Shown in pieces: positions 9,954-20,015 of a DNA stretch of 64,000 bases. A program made the translations under genes and the position numbers. The stretch is from Candidatus Babelota bacterium (GTDB lineage Bacteria > Babelota > Babeliae > Babelales > Vermiphilaceae): assembly GCA_049325595.1 (NCBI GenBank), contig JBMOLF010000015.1, positions 64,001-128,000 on the forward strand, given 5' to 3'. How positions within the stretch are numbered: the stretch's first letter is position 1; each line of letters opens with the position of its first letter. Under the pieces are notes generated by a model that was not told the origin of the DNA, ran no database searches, and saw nothing but the letters and a program-made list of their open reading frames with translations.

Positions 9954-10255
9954 ATATTATCTCCTTAAATTTTCTTACTGTTTGCTTCATCAAAAAGAGA
10001 TGTGTGTATGGATGTAGTGATGTTTTAATCCAGATGTGCTTCATCCTCCTTTCGTTGCGAATATAAATGTGCATTCATTACTTTAGATTGATACTTATAT
10101 ATTTCAAATGCAAAGTCAACACCTTGTGCAACTGGTCGACTAATTTAAACATCGAAAGTATAATATGGTGTAATTTGAATTGTAAAGAAATTGTTGCGCC
10201 AATGATCGCCAGAGTGGTTGTTTGCGTGTTGTTTATATTAAAAAAACATGGTGGT

Positions 10256-11044
10256 ATGCTTAATTTTTATCTATGGCTTATTGTACAGATTGTTTTAGAA
10301 AGTCTTCCGGTAAGTAGTTCTGGTCATCTTTATTTGTTAGAAAAAATAATAGAAAAAAATGGGCTGTTCTTGCCCGCTTTGCTACAAGATCCAATTACCT
10401 ATAAGAAAATTTCATTTTTTATTCATGCACCGATGGTTGTGATAATTGCTTTGTTCTTTTTTGAACAATGGTGGTTTTTATTCAAAAATATTTTTTCTTG
10501 CTATCGCCAAGTCTTAAAGCTTGGTATTTATGTTGCTGTCGCTAATAGTGCAACTATAAGTATGTATGGATTATGGCATGTGATAAGAGTACCCACGTCG
10601 ATATTTTTGCCATATGGATTTATTATTACTGCACTTGCGCTTGCAAGTTTGTATTGGGTACCAGAGCGTTCTCAAGGAGCTACTCTTTTTACTGCTTTTA
10701 TAGTAGGACTGGTACAAGGATGCGCCTTATTACCCGGTATTTCACGCCTTGCAGTAACATATGTGGTAAGTCGCTGGTTAGGATTATCATACAAACGAGC
10801 TTTTGAATTTTCTTTTGCTATACAATTTCCGTTAATTGCCCTAGCAAGTTTTTATGGATTAGTTACGATGCCACCTCTAGCGCGTGTATTATTATTTTCT
10901 TGGCAGTCGATGTTTGTTATGATCTGTGCAAGTATTGGTTCATATATGCTTTTAAAGTGGGGATATCAAAAAGCTCGTAATAATACATTTCAACAATTTG
11001 CCTGGTATATGATATTGCCTATTTTGCTGAGCTTATTTATTTAA
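10256..11044 (+). CDS. uppP: Undecaprenyl-diphosphate phosphatase (BacA family); start at ATG 10256 more likely than 10067
   Basis: ESLPVSSSGH and ALLPGISR motifs; multiple TM segments. Confidence 0.85.
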   Translation: MLNFYLWLIVQIVLESLPVSSSGHLYLLEKIIEKNGLFLPALLQDPITYKKISFFIHAPMVVIIALFFFEQWWFLFKNIFSCYRQVLKLGIYVAVANSATISMYGLWHVIRVPTSIFLPYGFIITALALASLYWVPERSQGATLFTAFIVGLVQGCALLPGISRLAVTYVVSRWLGLSYKRAFEFSFAIQFPLIALASFYGLVTMPPLARVLLFSWQSMFVMICASIGSYMLLKWGYQKARNNTFQQFAWYMILPILLSLFI

Positions 11045-11392
11045 AGAGTTGATCAGACGAAAATTCATAGTGAGAACGATTTCGCGTGGCGGTGTTTTTT
11101 CGTTTTCATTGTTATTTTGAACAGAATTTTTTTCTTGATTAAAATCTATTGGCTCATAACGATAGTTAGTTTGCCTATTTTGATCTTCATCATCGTGAAT
11201 GAAAGTGAAATTTTTATAGGAAGGATCAAAATCTACGGATAAATTTTTCTTACACCATTCTTCATTGTTATATGACGATACTATTATGGTAAGAGGCTTA
11301 TTCCTAGAGCAAAAGGTATTTGGTTTAGGCTCATTGGCATTCAAGTTATAGATGTGAATGAATAAAAAAATAATGATAAAAAATAATTTCAT
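11033..11392 (-). CDS. Secreted hypothetical protein with a degenerate GT2-like N-terminal segment
   Basis: Signal peptide MKLFFIII; IIVSSYNN...KNL...YKNF..IHDD resembles the start of a GT2 domain, but the protein is too short. Confidence 0.4.
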   Translation of the reverse strand: MKLFFIIIFLFIHIYNLNANEPKPNTFCSRNKPLTIIVSSYNNEEWCKKNLSVDFDPSYKNFTFIHDDEDQNRQTNYRYEPIDFNQEKNSVQNNNENEKTPPREIVLTMNFRLINSLNK

Positions 11393-11417
11393 TACTATTC
11401 TCCTTACAAAATTATCT

Positions 11418-11672
11418 TTATTTTCTTTGGCTTGCTGCCGCCTGAGTTGCAATCGTATTTCTGATTTTTAAAAGTTCATCGATGTCGTAGGTTTTCTTTT
11501 TTGTATATTTTTCATTTCCTGCACAGGGTATATTGTCGTCATTAATGTTAATGGGAGCAAGACGCATTTTATCTTCTTGAGATAATCTGTCCCAATTAAT
11601 GCGATATTCACTTGCAAAGCTTACGGTAAAAATAATGGCCATGCATAGTCCAAAAATTGTTTTATTAAGCAT
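11418..11672 (-). CDS. Small secreted hypothetical protein
   Basis: AAGGA RBS; signal peptide ending SFA-SE. Confidence 0.55.
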   Translation of the reverse strand: MLNKTIFGLCMAIIFTVSFASEYRINWDRLSQEDKMRLAPININDDNIPCAGNEKYTKKKTYDIDELLKIRNTIATQAAASQRK

Positions 11673-11794
11673 AATATCCTTTCATAGTAAGAAAAATTAC
11701 CATTACTATATCATTTTTTTTGTGTAATGTGACTAAATGTCTTGTTAATGAATAAAGCGATTCACTATTCTTTTATCAAACAAAAAGGAATAGC

Positions 11795-14011
11795 ATGAAA
11801 ATAAGTAAAGAAAAAAAACAACCAAAACCCTCATTTTCTTGGTATTGGAGTGAAGTAAAAGGAATAATTTGCTTTGCCGTAGCCTTGTTTATAATAATCT
11901 GTCTTTCTTCATATAATCCTTATGATAATTGTTTATTTTATTATGCAATGTGCCCTCAAGTTACTATGAATTGGGGTGGAATGATTGGAGCATATCTGGC
12001 ATCCTTTCTTATTTATTTTTTTGATAGTATAGCCTATGCAATAACTGCTTTTTTATTTTTTGTTGGTTACTTATACTGCACACAAAAATCGTTACACGAT
12101 CATTGGGAACGCGTGGTAGCTGCAGGTTGTATGGTAATTGTTTTGTCAGGTATTGCCGCTGCTTATCAAATACCAGGATTTGTGTATAGTGTTGCTGGTG
12201 GTTATATGGGTTCTCAGTTGTATGCATCATTAATTTCTTTTGGTGGTAAATTAGGAGCATTACTTTTATTACATACGTTATTTTTGATGGGGTTTATTTT
12301 AGTAACTCGTTGTTCATTGGCGGCTTTATTATATCGATGTAGAAAAACAATGAGTAATGGTGTGCGTACTGTATATAATCATTTGCAAAAGCGCCAAAAG
12401 CATGAAACTTATCTTGATGAAAAAGTATCTAAAATAGAACAACTATCTGAGCGTCAAAATCCCATTGATATTATCATTACTTCTATTTCAACCGAATCTA
12501 AAGAGACGATAAAGCCCTCTTTAAAAATAGATCAAGAACATACTGCTACAATAACCGCTAATAAAACTGTTAAATATTCTATTGATACTGCATCTTGTCA
12601 AGATCATGAAAAAATTATTCCTGATTACGTACGGCCAAGTATTGAAATTTTCTCGTTGCCACCAAATGATCAACAAGAAAATGCATTATTAAATGAGTTA
12701 GAAAAGTCGGCAAAAATACTACAAGACAAACTTGAGCGCTTTGGTATTCAAGGAAAAGTAGTATCGATAAAACGAGGACCAGTAGTAACGTTATTTGAAT
12801 ATCAACCAGCAATAGACTCTAAATTAAGTAAAATTATTGCACTTGAAGATGATTTAGCTCTTGCGCTGCAAGCTATGAGCATTCGTATTTTAGCGCCAAT
12901 TCCGGGCAAGTCTGTCGTAGGATTTGAAGTTGCAAACAAAAATAGAAAGAATGTGTTAATTGCACAATTAATTAGATCTGCTGAATATCAAGAAAAAAAC
13001 TATGCATTACCTTTAATTTTGGGCGAAGATACCATTGGTAATTGTGTGATTATTGATTTAACTAAAATGCCTCATTTATTAGTTGCAGGTTCGACCGGAT
13101 CAGGAAAATCGGTTGCTTTAAATACTATGCTGGTCAGTTTATTGTGCCATTGTACACCAGAAGAATTGCGATTGATTTTAATTGATCCTAAACGATTAGA
13201 ATTTGCACCATATGCTGATATTGCACACTTATTATTTCCTATAATAACTGATCCTAAAAATGCTATTAAATCATTAAAATGGGCGGTAGAGCATATGGAA
13301 GAACGATACCAAAAAATGGCAGAAGCAGGTGCGCGTACTATTGTCGATTACAATGCATTGTTTGTCGATACACCAAGCGAACAATTTCCTTATCTAGTGA
13401 TAATGATTGATGAGCTTGCCGATTTGATGATGACTGCCGGTAAAGAGATAGAAGATTTAATTACGCGTTTAGCGCAAATGGCGCGTGCAGCCGGCATTCA
13501 TTTGCTTGTAGCAACACAACGACCGTCGGTTGATGTAATAACCGGATTAATTAAAGTTAATTTTCCGAGTCGCATTTCGTTTAGAGTTACCTCAAAAACA
13601 GATTCTCGTACCATTCTTGATGCTGCCGGTGCAGATAAATTACTCGGACGCGGTGATATGTTATTTTTAAGTGCCCATGAAGGACATTTAAAACGCGTGC
13701 ATGGTGCCTATGTTTCTGATCAAGAGATTATGCAGGTAGTAGCACACATTCAAAAACAACGAACAGTAAGTTACTTAGATTTATCAACGGTAACTTTCGA
13801 TTCTACAAATGCTATTGATGATGTTGATGATCAATTAATGAACGATGTTTTGCAATTTCTTTCGGAAATTGATGAAGTGTCAATTTCATTATTGCAACGC
13901 AAATTTAGGATTGGATATAATCGATCAGCACGTATAATTGATGCACTTGAAACACGCGGTTTTATAGCGCCATCTTCAGGGAGTAAAACAAGAAAAGTAA
14001 TACGGCAATAA
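11795..14011 (+). CDS. ftsK: DNA translocase FtsK
   Basis: N-terminal TM domain; PHLLVAGSTGSGKS, IDELADLMM, ATQRPSVDV; gamma domain LQRKFRIGYNRSARIID. Confidence 0.97.
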   Translation: MKISKEKKQPKPSFSWYWSEVKGIICFAVALFIIICLSSYNPYDNCLFYYAMCPQVTMNWGGMIGAYLASFLIYFFDSIAYAITAFLFFVGYLYCTQKSLHDHWERVVAAGCMVIVLSGIAAAYQIPGFVYSVAGGYMGSQLYASLISFGGKLGALLLLHTLFLMGFILVTRCSLAALLYRCRKTMSNGVRTVYNHLQKRQKHETYLDEKVSKIEQLSERQNPIDIIITSISTESKETIKPSLKIDQEHTATITANKTVKYSIDTASCQDHEKIIPDYVRPSIEIFSLPPNDQQENALLNELEKSAKILQDKLERFGIQGKVVSIKRGPVVTLFEYQPAIDSKLSKIIALEDDLALALQAMSIRILAPIPGKSVVGFEVANKNRKNVLIAQLIRSAEYQEKNYALPLILGEDTIGNCVIIDLTKMPHLLVAGSTGSGKSVALNTMLVSLLCHCTPEELRLILIDPKRLEFAPYADIAHLLFPIITDPKNAIKSLKWAVEHMEERYQKMAEAGARTIVDYNALFVDTPSEQFPYLVIMIDELADLMMTAGKEIEDLITRLAQMARAAGIHLLVATQRPSVDVITGLIKVNFPSRISFRVTSKTDSRTILDAAGADKLLGRGDMLFLSAHEGHLKRVHGAYVSDQEIMQVVAHIQKQRTVSYLDLSTVTFDSTNAIDDVDDQLMNDVLQFLSEIDEVSISLLQRKFRIGYNRSARIIDALETRGFIAPSSGSKTRKVIRQ

Positions 14012-14202
14012 TAATTGATTCGTTCTTTTTTTAAAAAATAATTACTGTTCATTTAGTATTTTCTACAGGTTCAAACAATTTTATTAATATGAGTTTTTGG
14101 TATTCTTGCTTGACAAATGTTCAAAAAAAAGACATTTTTTCTCCCGTAGCTATTAGATTTATTTTTTAAAATTTTTTACCAAGCCAAAAACGGAGAAGGT
14201 CA

Positions 14203-15618
14203 ATGTATTTTGATCAGAAATTTATAAAGAGTGTTTTGCAAGACGTGCAATTTATCGGTTCATACGTAGATGACCATATTAATTTTTCAATTGATTCACG
14301 TGCTATTCAACCAGATGATGTATTTATTGCGTTAAAAGGAACGCGTGTAGATGGCCATGACTATATTGAGCATGCACTTAATAATGGTGCAGCGGGCTTA
14401 ATGATTGAGATTTCAAAAAAAGATATTCTCAATCGATTTAGTAAATCAGTTCTTGATGATAAATTTATTATTTTAGTTAATGATACGCTTTCAGCACTAA
14501 CAACTCTTGCTGCTGCATGGCGCGCACAATTTTCGTATCCGGTTGTTGGTATAACTGGCTCAGTAGGAAAAACTTCTACAAAAGAAAGACTTGCGCAAAT
14601 TTTTATTCATCAAAACATACCTTGTTTGGCATCAAGCGGTAATCAAAATACCCGTGTTGGTCTTTCTCTTAATATTTTAAAAATGAGAGATTACCACAAG
14701 GTTGCTATTTTTGAGCTTGGTATATCGCGTCGCGGCGAAATGGCTGAATTGGTAAAAATTTTAGACCCTAAGTATGCGGTAATTACTTATATTGGGCATG
14801 CGCATATGGAAGGCCTTGGATCACTTGCTGATATTGCTGCTGAAAAGCGTGATATTTTCAAATATTTCAATGAACGTAGCATTGGTATTATTAATGGTGA
14901 TCAACCAATTTTATCGCAGGTAGGATACGCACATCCAGTAATTCGCTTTGGGTATAAAACAATTAATCAAGTACAAGCACGTAAAGTACAACCACAAAAT
15001 ACCCAAATGAGTTTTGTGTTAAAACTGTATAAACAAAAATTTAATGTGTTGATTAATCAACCTCATGAAGGGGCTGTGCTTAATGCATTAGCAGCTGCAG
15101 CGACTGCTTATTTACTGGGGGTATCACCTGAAAAAATAGTTGAAGGTATTCAACAACCAATCTCAGTGCCTGGGCGTTTTGAAGAGTGCGCAATAAGCAA
15201 AACAAAAAGCACCCTCATTAATGATTGCTATAATGCAAATCCAGAAAGCATGAAAGCCGCATTACTTGCTTTTCATCGTATTAATACCAAGCGTTCAAAA
15301 ATTGCGGTGATTGGTGATATGCTAGAACTCGGACCATTAGCACCATTCTGGCATAGACAAATTGGTAGATTCTTGCGTAAAGTACCGTCTATTCGTCAGG
15401 TGATTTTGGTAGGAAATATGGTACAATGGACTAAGAAAACTATGCCATTAGGTGTATCTGCTGATATTGTTCCTAATTGGCAAGAAGCGCTTAAAATACT
15501 TGATACCAAACTATCAGATGAATCTATGGTTTTGGTAAAAGGGTCACGAGGCATGGCGCTTGATAACATTGTTAATCATTTAAGTTCTGAATTAACCCAA
15601 GAACATTCAGAGAAATAA
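14203..15618 (+). CDS. murF: UDP-N-acetylmuramoyl-tripeptide--D-Ala-D-Ala ligase
   Basis: DSR, GITGSVGKTSTKE, DCYNANPESM, GDMLELG and LVKGSRG motifs. Confidence 0.93.
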   Translation: MYFDQKFIKSVLQDVQFIGSYVDDHINFSIDSRAIQPDDVFIALKGTRVDGHDYIEHALNNGAAGLMIEISKKDILNRFSKSVLDDKFIILVNDTLSALTTLAAAWRAQFSYPVVGITGSVGKTSTKERLAQIFIHQNIPCLASSGNQNTRVGLSLNILKMRDYHKVAIFELGISRRGEMAELVKILDPKYAVITYIGHAHMEGLGSLADIAAEKRDIFKYFNERSIGIINGDQPILSQVGYAHPVIRFGYKTINQVQARKVQPQNTQMSFVLKLYKQKFNVLINQPHEGAVLNALAAAATAYLLGVSPEKIVEGIQQPISVPGRFEECAISKTKSTLINDCYNANPESMKAALLAFHRINTKRSKIAVIGDMLELGPLAPFWHRQIGRFLRKVPSIRQVILVGNMVQWTKKTMPLGVSADIVPNWQEALKILDTKLSDESMVLVKGSRGMALDNIVNHLSSELTQEHSEK

Positions 15619-15628
15619 ACAGAGATTT

Positions 15629-16540
15629 ATGAAAACATTAAAACCTGTAGCAGTGCATAAAGCGGTTCTTACCAAGCAAGTTATTGAATATCTTGACCCT
15701 CAACCAGGTAAAACATATTTAGATGTTACCTTTGGTTCTGGCGGGCATACACGGGCAATCTTAGAAAAAGAACCAATGTGTAAAGTAGTAGCCGTGGATT
15801 GGGATACCCGCGCATTTGATCTTTTTAGCGGACCGCTCATTGAAGAGTTTGGTGGTCGTCTTACATTGCTATGGGGAAATTTTGCTCATCTATACAAAAC
15901 CCTCAAGAAAGCCGGCATTGAAAAAGTAGATGGGATTTTGGCTGATTTTGGTACTTCACAAGTACAAATATCTCAGCGTGCAGGATTTTCAGTATATAAA
16001 GACACACCGCTTGATATGCGTATGTCGCCAGCCCACCAAAAAATGACGGCGGCGGAGGTGCTTAATAAATCATCAGAAGAAAAGCTGCGTGAACTATTTT
16101 TTCAACTTGGCGAAGAAAGAAATGCAAAAGCAATTGCACGAGCTATTGTTAACCAACGCCAAAAAGAAAAATTTAGAACAACCGGGCAATTGGTTGATCT
16201 TATAGAACGCGTGGTGCCGGTAAAAGGAAGAAGTAGAATTCATCCGGCTACCAAAGTGTTTCAAGCGCTACGTATTTATGTAAACGATGAGTTAAATAAT
16301 ATTCAAGCGTTGCTATCAACAGCACTTACTATTCTTAATCCTGAAGGCAGATTGGTTTGTGTAAGTTTTCATTCTCTTGAAGACCGACTTGTAAAGCAGT
16401 TTATTGCGCAGCATAAAGATGTTTTAGAAAATTTAACACCAAAAGTAGTGGTTGCAGAACCAGATGAATTGCGGATAAATCCTTCAGCTCGTTCTGCAAA
16501 ATTAAGAGCTGCGCGATTTATGAGCGGGCAAAATATTTAG
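15629..16540 (+). CDS. rsmH: 16S rRNA m4C1402 methyltransferase
   Basis: DVTFGSGGHT, PLDMRM, HPATKVFQALRIYVNDEL, SFHSLEDR, NPSARSAKLR. Confidence 0.96.
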   Translation: MKTLKPVAVHKAVLTKQVIEYLDPQPGKTYLDVTFGSGGHTRAILEKEPMCKVVAVDWDTRAFDLFSGPLIEEFGGRLTLLWGNFAHLYKTLKKAGIEKVDGILADFGTSQVQISQRAGFSVYKDTPLDMRMSPAHQKMTAAEVLNKSSEEKLRELFFQLGEERNAKAIARAIVNQRQKEKFRTTGQLVDLIERVVPVKGRSRIHPATKVFQALRIYVNDELNNIQALLSTALTILNPEGRLVCVSFHSLEDRLVKQFIAQHKDVLENLTPKVVVAEPDELRINPSARSAKLRAARFMSGQNI

Positions 16541-16609
16541 CAAAAGAATAATGAAAAATATGCTTTTGAATAGTAATAATTTTTTTGTGAATAAAATGCA
16601 CTAAATTTA

Positions 16610-16637
16610 TTGACAAATCGAAGGCATAGGATAAAAT
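16610..16637 (+). promoter_or_regulatory. Putative sigma70 promoter for spoVG/tRNA-Gln
   Basis: TTGACA-16 nt-TAAAAT. Confidence 0.5.
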
Positions 16638-16704
16638 GATCTCACTGTTATTGTAAAACAAAAAAAAGAGTAGTAAACCAGGAATACCTCTGAGGATTGC
16701 GGTC

Positions 16705-16995
16705 ATGGCGATAACCATAACAGAAGTAAAAGTTTATCCAGCAAAAGAAAATGGTAGACTTAAGGCATATGCAACAATAGTCTTTGAAAATAGCTTCATA
16801 GTGCGTGATCTCAAAGTGATCGAAGGCAACAAAGGATATTTTGTATCAATGCCATCGCGTCGCCGCAAGGATGGAACATTTAGAGATATTGTTCATCCCT
16901 TAAACTCTGAGACTCGTAAGCTTATAGAAGAGCAAGTGATCCAAGAATTTAAAAAAGTAATGGATCTTGAAGAAGATTATAATTTAGCAGTTTAA
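16705..16995 (+). CDS. spoVG: SpoVG family nucleic-acid-binding protein
   Basis: ITEVKV, LKAYATI, FVSMPSRR, FRDIVHPLN. Confidence 0.93.
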   Translation: MAITITEVKVYPAKENGRLKAYATIVFENSFIVRDLKVIEGNKGYFVSMPSRRRKDGTFRDIVHPLNSETRKLIEEQVIQEFKKVMDLEEDYNLAV

Positions 16996-17042
16996 AATTA
17001 TTTTTTTATCTGCTATACTTTGAAAAGTCTAAAAAATAGCGT

Positions 17043-17116
17043 TGGGGCGTAGCCAAGTGGTAAGGCACCGGGTTTTGGCTCCGGCACCGGAGGTTCGAAT
17101 CCTCCCGCCCCAGCCA
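17043..17116 (+). tRNA. tRNA-Gln (anticodon TTG)
   Basis: Acceptor stem TGGGGCG/CGCCCCA, D-arm AGCCAAGTGGTAAGGC, anticodon loop TTTTGGC, GGTTCGAATCC, encoded CCA. Confidence 0.95.
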
Positions 17117-17200
17117 GTCTTCGTTCTCAAGAACTTCTTCTGGCATCCTTCTACGTTAAAAACTTCGTAGGACAAGAGCCATCAAATTTAAAAGCGATTT
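17113..17200 (+). repeat. 88-bp direct repeat A, copy 1 (overlaps the tRNA 3' GCCA)
   Basis: 83/88 nt identical to 22564-22651; two imperfect hairpins. Confidence 0.9.
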
Positions 17201-17272
17201 GTATTTTTACAAGTTGCTTTTTTTGTTTTTAAATGTGATTTAATATAGTTATTTTTATAGTCATAGTAATTA

Positions 17273-17680
17273 ATGCAGAATTTTCATATGAAAAAAGTTA
17301 TTGCGGCCGTTTTTGCAAAAGATGGCAAAGTTCTGATAGCGCAACGAGCAAAAAAAGATGTGCTTTTTGGTAAATGGGAATTTCCTGGTGGCAAGCTTGA
17401 AGACAATGAAACCGAACATGAGTGTTTAAAGCGTGAACTATTTGAAGAGCTTGGTATACATGTTGAAGTCGGTTCTTACATCTGCTCAAGTTATTTTGAA
17501 CACAAAAACGCACCCTATGAAATGAGGGCATATTTTGTTACTTCATATTCCGGTGAATTTGTTTTGCATGAGCATCAAGAAATCAAATGGGTTGCTCATG
17601 AAGAACTATCTGAGTACGATATGCCAGAACCGGATAAGCCTATAGTGGAAAAGCTACTTGAAATTAATATGAAGAAATAA
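17273..17680 (+). CDS. MutT-like NUDIX hydrolase, copy 1
   Basis: WEFPGGKLEDNETEHECLKRELFEELGI Nudix box. Confidence 0.9.
   Translation: MQNFHMKKVIAAVFAKDGKVLIAQRAKKDVLFGKWEFPGGKLEDNETEHECLKRELFEELGIHVEVGSYICSSYFEHKNAPYEMRAYFVTSYSGEFVLHEHQEIKWVAHEELSEYDMPEPDKPIVEKLLEINMKK
17371..17655 (+). repeat. 285-bp repeat identical to 24799-25083
   Basis: Manual comparison found no mismatch from taaatgggaa to gtggaaaagct. Confidence 0.88.
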
Positions 17681-17862
17681 ATAATTAATTGTTAAATTTT
17701 AATTAAACAGACTAACGTTAGTATTAGGTTATATCACTAACGCTTTTTTTATTAAGTTTTATTTGTTCATTAAGAAGCCTAAATAAAATCTGCTAGACTC
17801 TTTTGATAGATTGAATGTGCAAAATAAGTTCCTTAATAAACAACTTTCAATAGTTGTAACTG

Positions 17863-18279
17863 CTATTTACTCTTTTTGCGAGCATGAATAGCTTTTGATG
17901 TTGGTGAAGAAGTAGGTTGTTTTTTAAGTGGGCTTTTCTTAATAGGAGTGGTAATAGCTACCGTTACACTTGCTTTGGTTGTTGATCGTTTTTTTGGAGC
18001 AACCGTTATGGTTATTGCTTGGCCTAAAATATTTAAAAAGCGAAAAAGCCTTTCAAGAGAAAATCCTGATAATTTCCCTTTACTCAGCGCAGAAATTTTT
18101 GGTTGATCAATAGAAAGCAGTTCAGCTGCTGCTGCTTGCGTAAGGCCTTGTTGCTTGATTAAAGTATTGATTTGTCGGGCAAGCTCTGCCTTAGCAAGAC
18201 GTTCTTCTGGATTTGCAACACCAAGATCAGCAAATACATTTCCTGAACTTACTTCATAATCATTAGTATGTTTTTTCAT
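17863..18279 (-). CDS. HigA-like XRE/HTH antitoxin with a basic C-terminal tail
   Basis: SSGNVFADLG, LTQAAAAELLSIDQPKISAL, FSLERLF; lies downstream of a toxin. Confidence 0.85.
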   Translation of the reverse strand: MKKHTNDYEVSSGNVFADLGVANPEERLAKAELARQINTLIKQQGLTQAAAAELLSIDQPKISALSKGKLSGFSLERLFRFLNILGQAITITVAPKKRSTTKASVTVAITTPIKKSPLKKQPTSSPTSKAIHARKKSK

Positions 18280-18283
18280 GGCC

Positions 18284-18646
18284 TTACTTCTTCTTAAATT
18301 TTTCTTTATAAATTTCTTCAGCTAATTTCAATCTACTTTTTATAAGCTCTATGTCTTGTTGTGGTGTTTTAATGCCCTGCTTTGATTTCTTTTGAAAAGC
18401 ATGAAGCACAAACACTACTTCAGGCATGGTAACCGTGTACACTACCCGATAGGTTCCAGCAGCATCAGAATCTTTAATTTCAATAACACCAGCACTACCA
18501 AATCCTTTAAGAACTTTTGCATGTTCAGGCATTTGACCCTTTTGAGCAAGGTATAACCCATAGCCCATGGAGTCTATCACCTCATCAGGGAGATCTTGTA
18601 AATCTTTTTTGCTTGAGCCAATCCAGATCAGTTCTTTGTGTTTCAT
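18284..18646 (-). CDS. RelE/HigB-like (phage gp49 type) toxin
   Basis: WIGSSKKDL, GTYRVVY, VLHAFQKKSKQGIKTP; toxin-first gene order. Confidence 0.85.
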   Translation of the reverse strand: MKHKELIWIGSSKKDLQDLPDEVIDSMGYGLYLAQKGQMPEHAKVLKGFGSAGVIEIKDSDAAGTYRVVYTVTMPEVVFVLHAFQKKSKQGIKTPQQDIELIKSRLKLAEEIYKEKFKKK

Positions 18647-18658
18647 TTTTGCTACTCA

Positions 18659-18694
18659 GTTAAAATTATACCATATTTGGCATAATTTAACAAT
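18659..18694 (-). promoter_or_regulatory. TA promoter overlapped by an inverted-repeat operator
   Basis: Minus strand TTGTTA-17 nt-TATAAT overlapping the imperfect palindrome gttaaaattatacca-tatt-tggcataatttaac. Confidence 0.6.
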
Positions 18695-18761
18695 AATTTA
18701 ACTCAAAGGCAAAAAGTATGCAAAATTGTTTATAGTTAGATTATTTCTTTAAGCAGCAACC

Positions 18762-19898
18762 CTATCTTTTTATAAATTTCTTATACTGCTTATTAATCGG
18801 TTCGAATTTGACCAATTGTTCCCGCAATGCCTTAAAATGATCAAGAGCCCTAGACAGTTGTATCTTGCTTACATCTGCAATGAGTCGTTGCCAGCTTCGC
18901 GGCGAGCAGCGTGAAAACATAGTTCTTAATTCACGCATGTCCATGATTTCAAGCACTTTTTTAAAGCCATACAGCTGTAATAGTTGTTTTGGCCCTAAAT
19001 TGGGATTATTAAACATTAAATCAACGAGCAAGGCTTTACCATTGGTTGATTGGTAATCAAGCAATAGCGGGCGCTTGCTAACGAGTTCATCAAAATAATG
19101 TAACAAAACCTTTTTAGAAATCGCGGGTTTGAACATTTTTTTAAAGGTTACATCAGTTTTAATACCAAGCTTGGTGAACAACTCTTTAATTTTAACGCGC
19201 TTGTTTAACCGCACTTCCATGCGTAGCACTTCAAACTTAGTGCGTCTTTTTTGCAATTGTTCGTGGGTGGTTAATTGAAGTTCGTTATCTTTTTCAACTG
19301 CTCGCTTATTACTGGTCTGAGCTTTTTCAAGATCGCGAATTTTATCATAGAAAGCGACTTCATAATAATTGGTAAGCCATTTAAAACTGTGGCCGGCATT
19401 GCGATAGGCAGTTTCATTTACATCAAGTGAGAGCTTGGTGTTAGCTTCTTTGATTTTGTTAATGTAAAAATGTGGCGTTGAGCCATCGGTTAAACACATG
19501 TTTTTTGAATAATGGATGGCAGATACGGGTGCTGATGCGATTGCAGTTGAGGTTGTGCATATGCCCATTGCTTGTAGCGTTGCTACTAGTTTGTTAATGA
19601 TGGATGGAAAATCTTTGTAACGCAGTTCGCTAAAATTGTTGCCAAATACGAGCTTGGGTAATGACAGTTCAATTTTAAGAATAATTTCTGGTTTGCCTAA
19701 AAGATTATAACGATATGCAAGAGTAAGACGCGGCTTATAGATTCCTTTTGTGAGTTCTTTTTTTAAAGGGTTTTGCTTTGATTGCATGCCACGTTCAATT
19801 TTTTTTGAAAGTGCCCATGCTGCTGATGGGATAAATAACTCTGGATCGGTAATTTCAAACAAATCTCTACTCAGGGTAATAACTATCGTGTCAATCAT
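18762..19898 (-). CDS. Putative rolling-circle replication initiator (phage/plasmid gene II/X, Rep_trans-like)
   Basis: MIDT start, SLPKLVFGNNF, FYDK and LRMEVRL motifs. Confidence 0.6.
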   Translation of the reverse strand: MIDTIVITLSRDLFEITDPELFIPSAAWALSKKIERGMQSKQNPLKKELTKGIYKPRLTLAYRYNLLGKPEIILKIELSLPKLVFGNNFSELRYKDFPSIINKLVATLQAMGICTTSTAIASAPVSAIHYSKNMCLTDGSTPHFYINKIKEANTKLSLDVNETAYRNAGHSFKWLTNYYEVAFYDKIRDLEKAQTSNKRAVEKDNELQLTTHEQLQKRRTKFEVLRMEVRLNKRVKIKELFTKLGIKTDVTFKKMFKPAISKKVLLHYFDELVSKRPLLLDYQSTNGKALLVDLMFNNPNLGPKQLLQLYGFKKVLEIMDMRELRTMFSRCSPRSWQRLIADVSKIQLSRALDHFKALREQLVKFEPINKQYKKFIKR

Positions 19899-20015
19899 GA
19901 TGCTCGCTACAAGGTGATATTATTTTGCATGCATCAAGGATAAAAGAGATGGTAATAAAGACAAGCGTAAATGATTAGTTAATATTTGAGAATTTCGTGT
20001 ATTGGTTCGTGACTT

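Noticed and set aside
10067..10255. 63-aa N-terminal extension of uppP
   Set aside because: The BacA-like sequence starts near ATG 10256; the upstream stretch is more likely the divergent promoter region.
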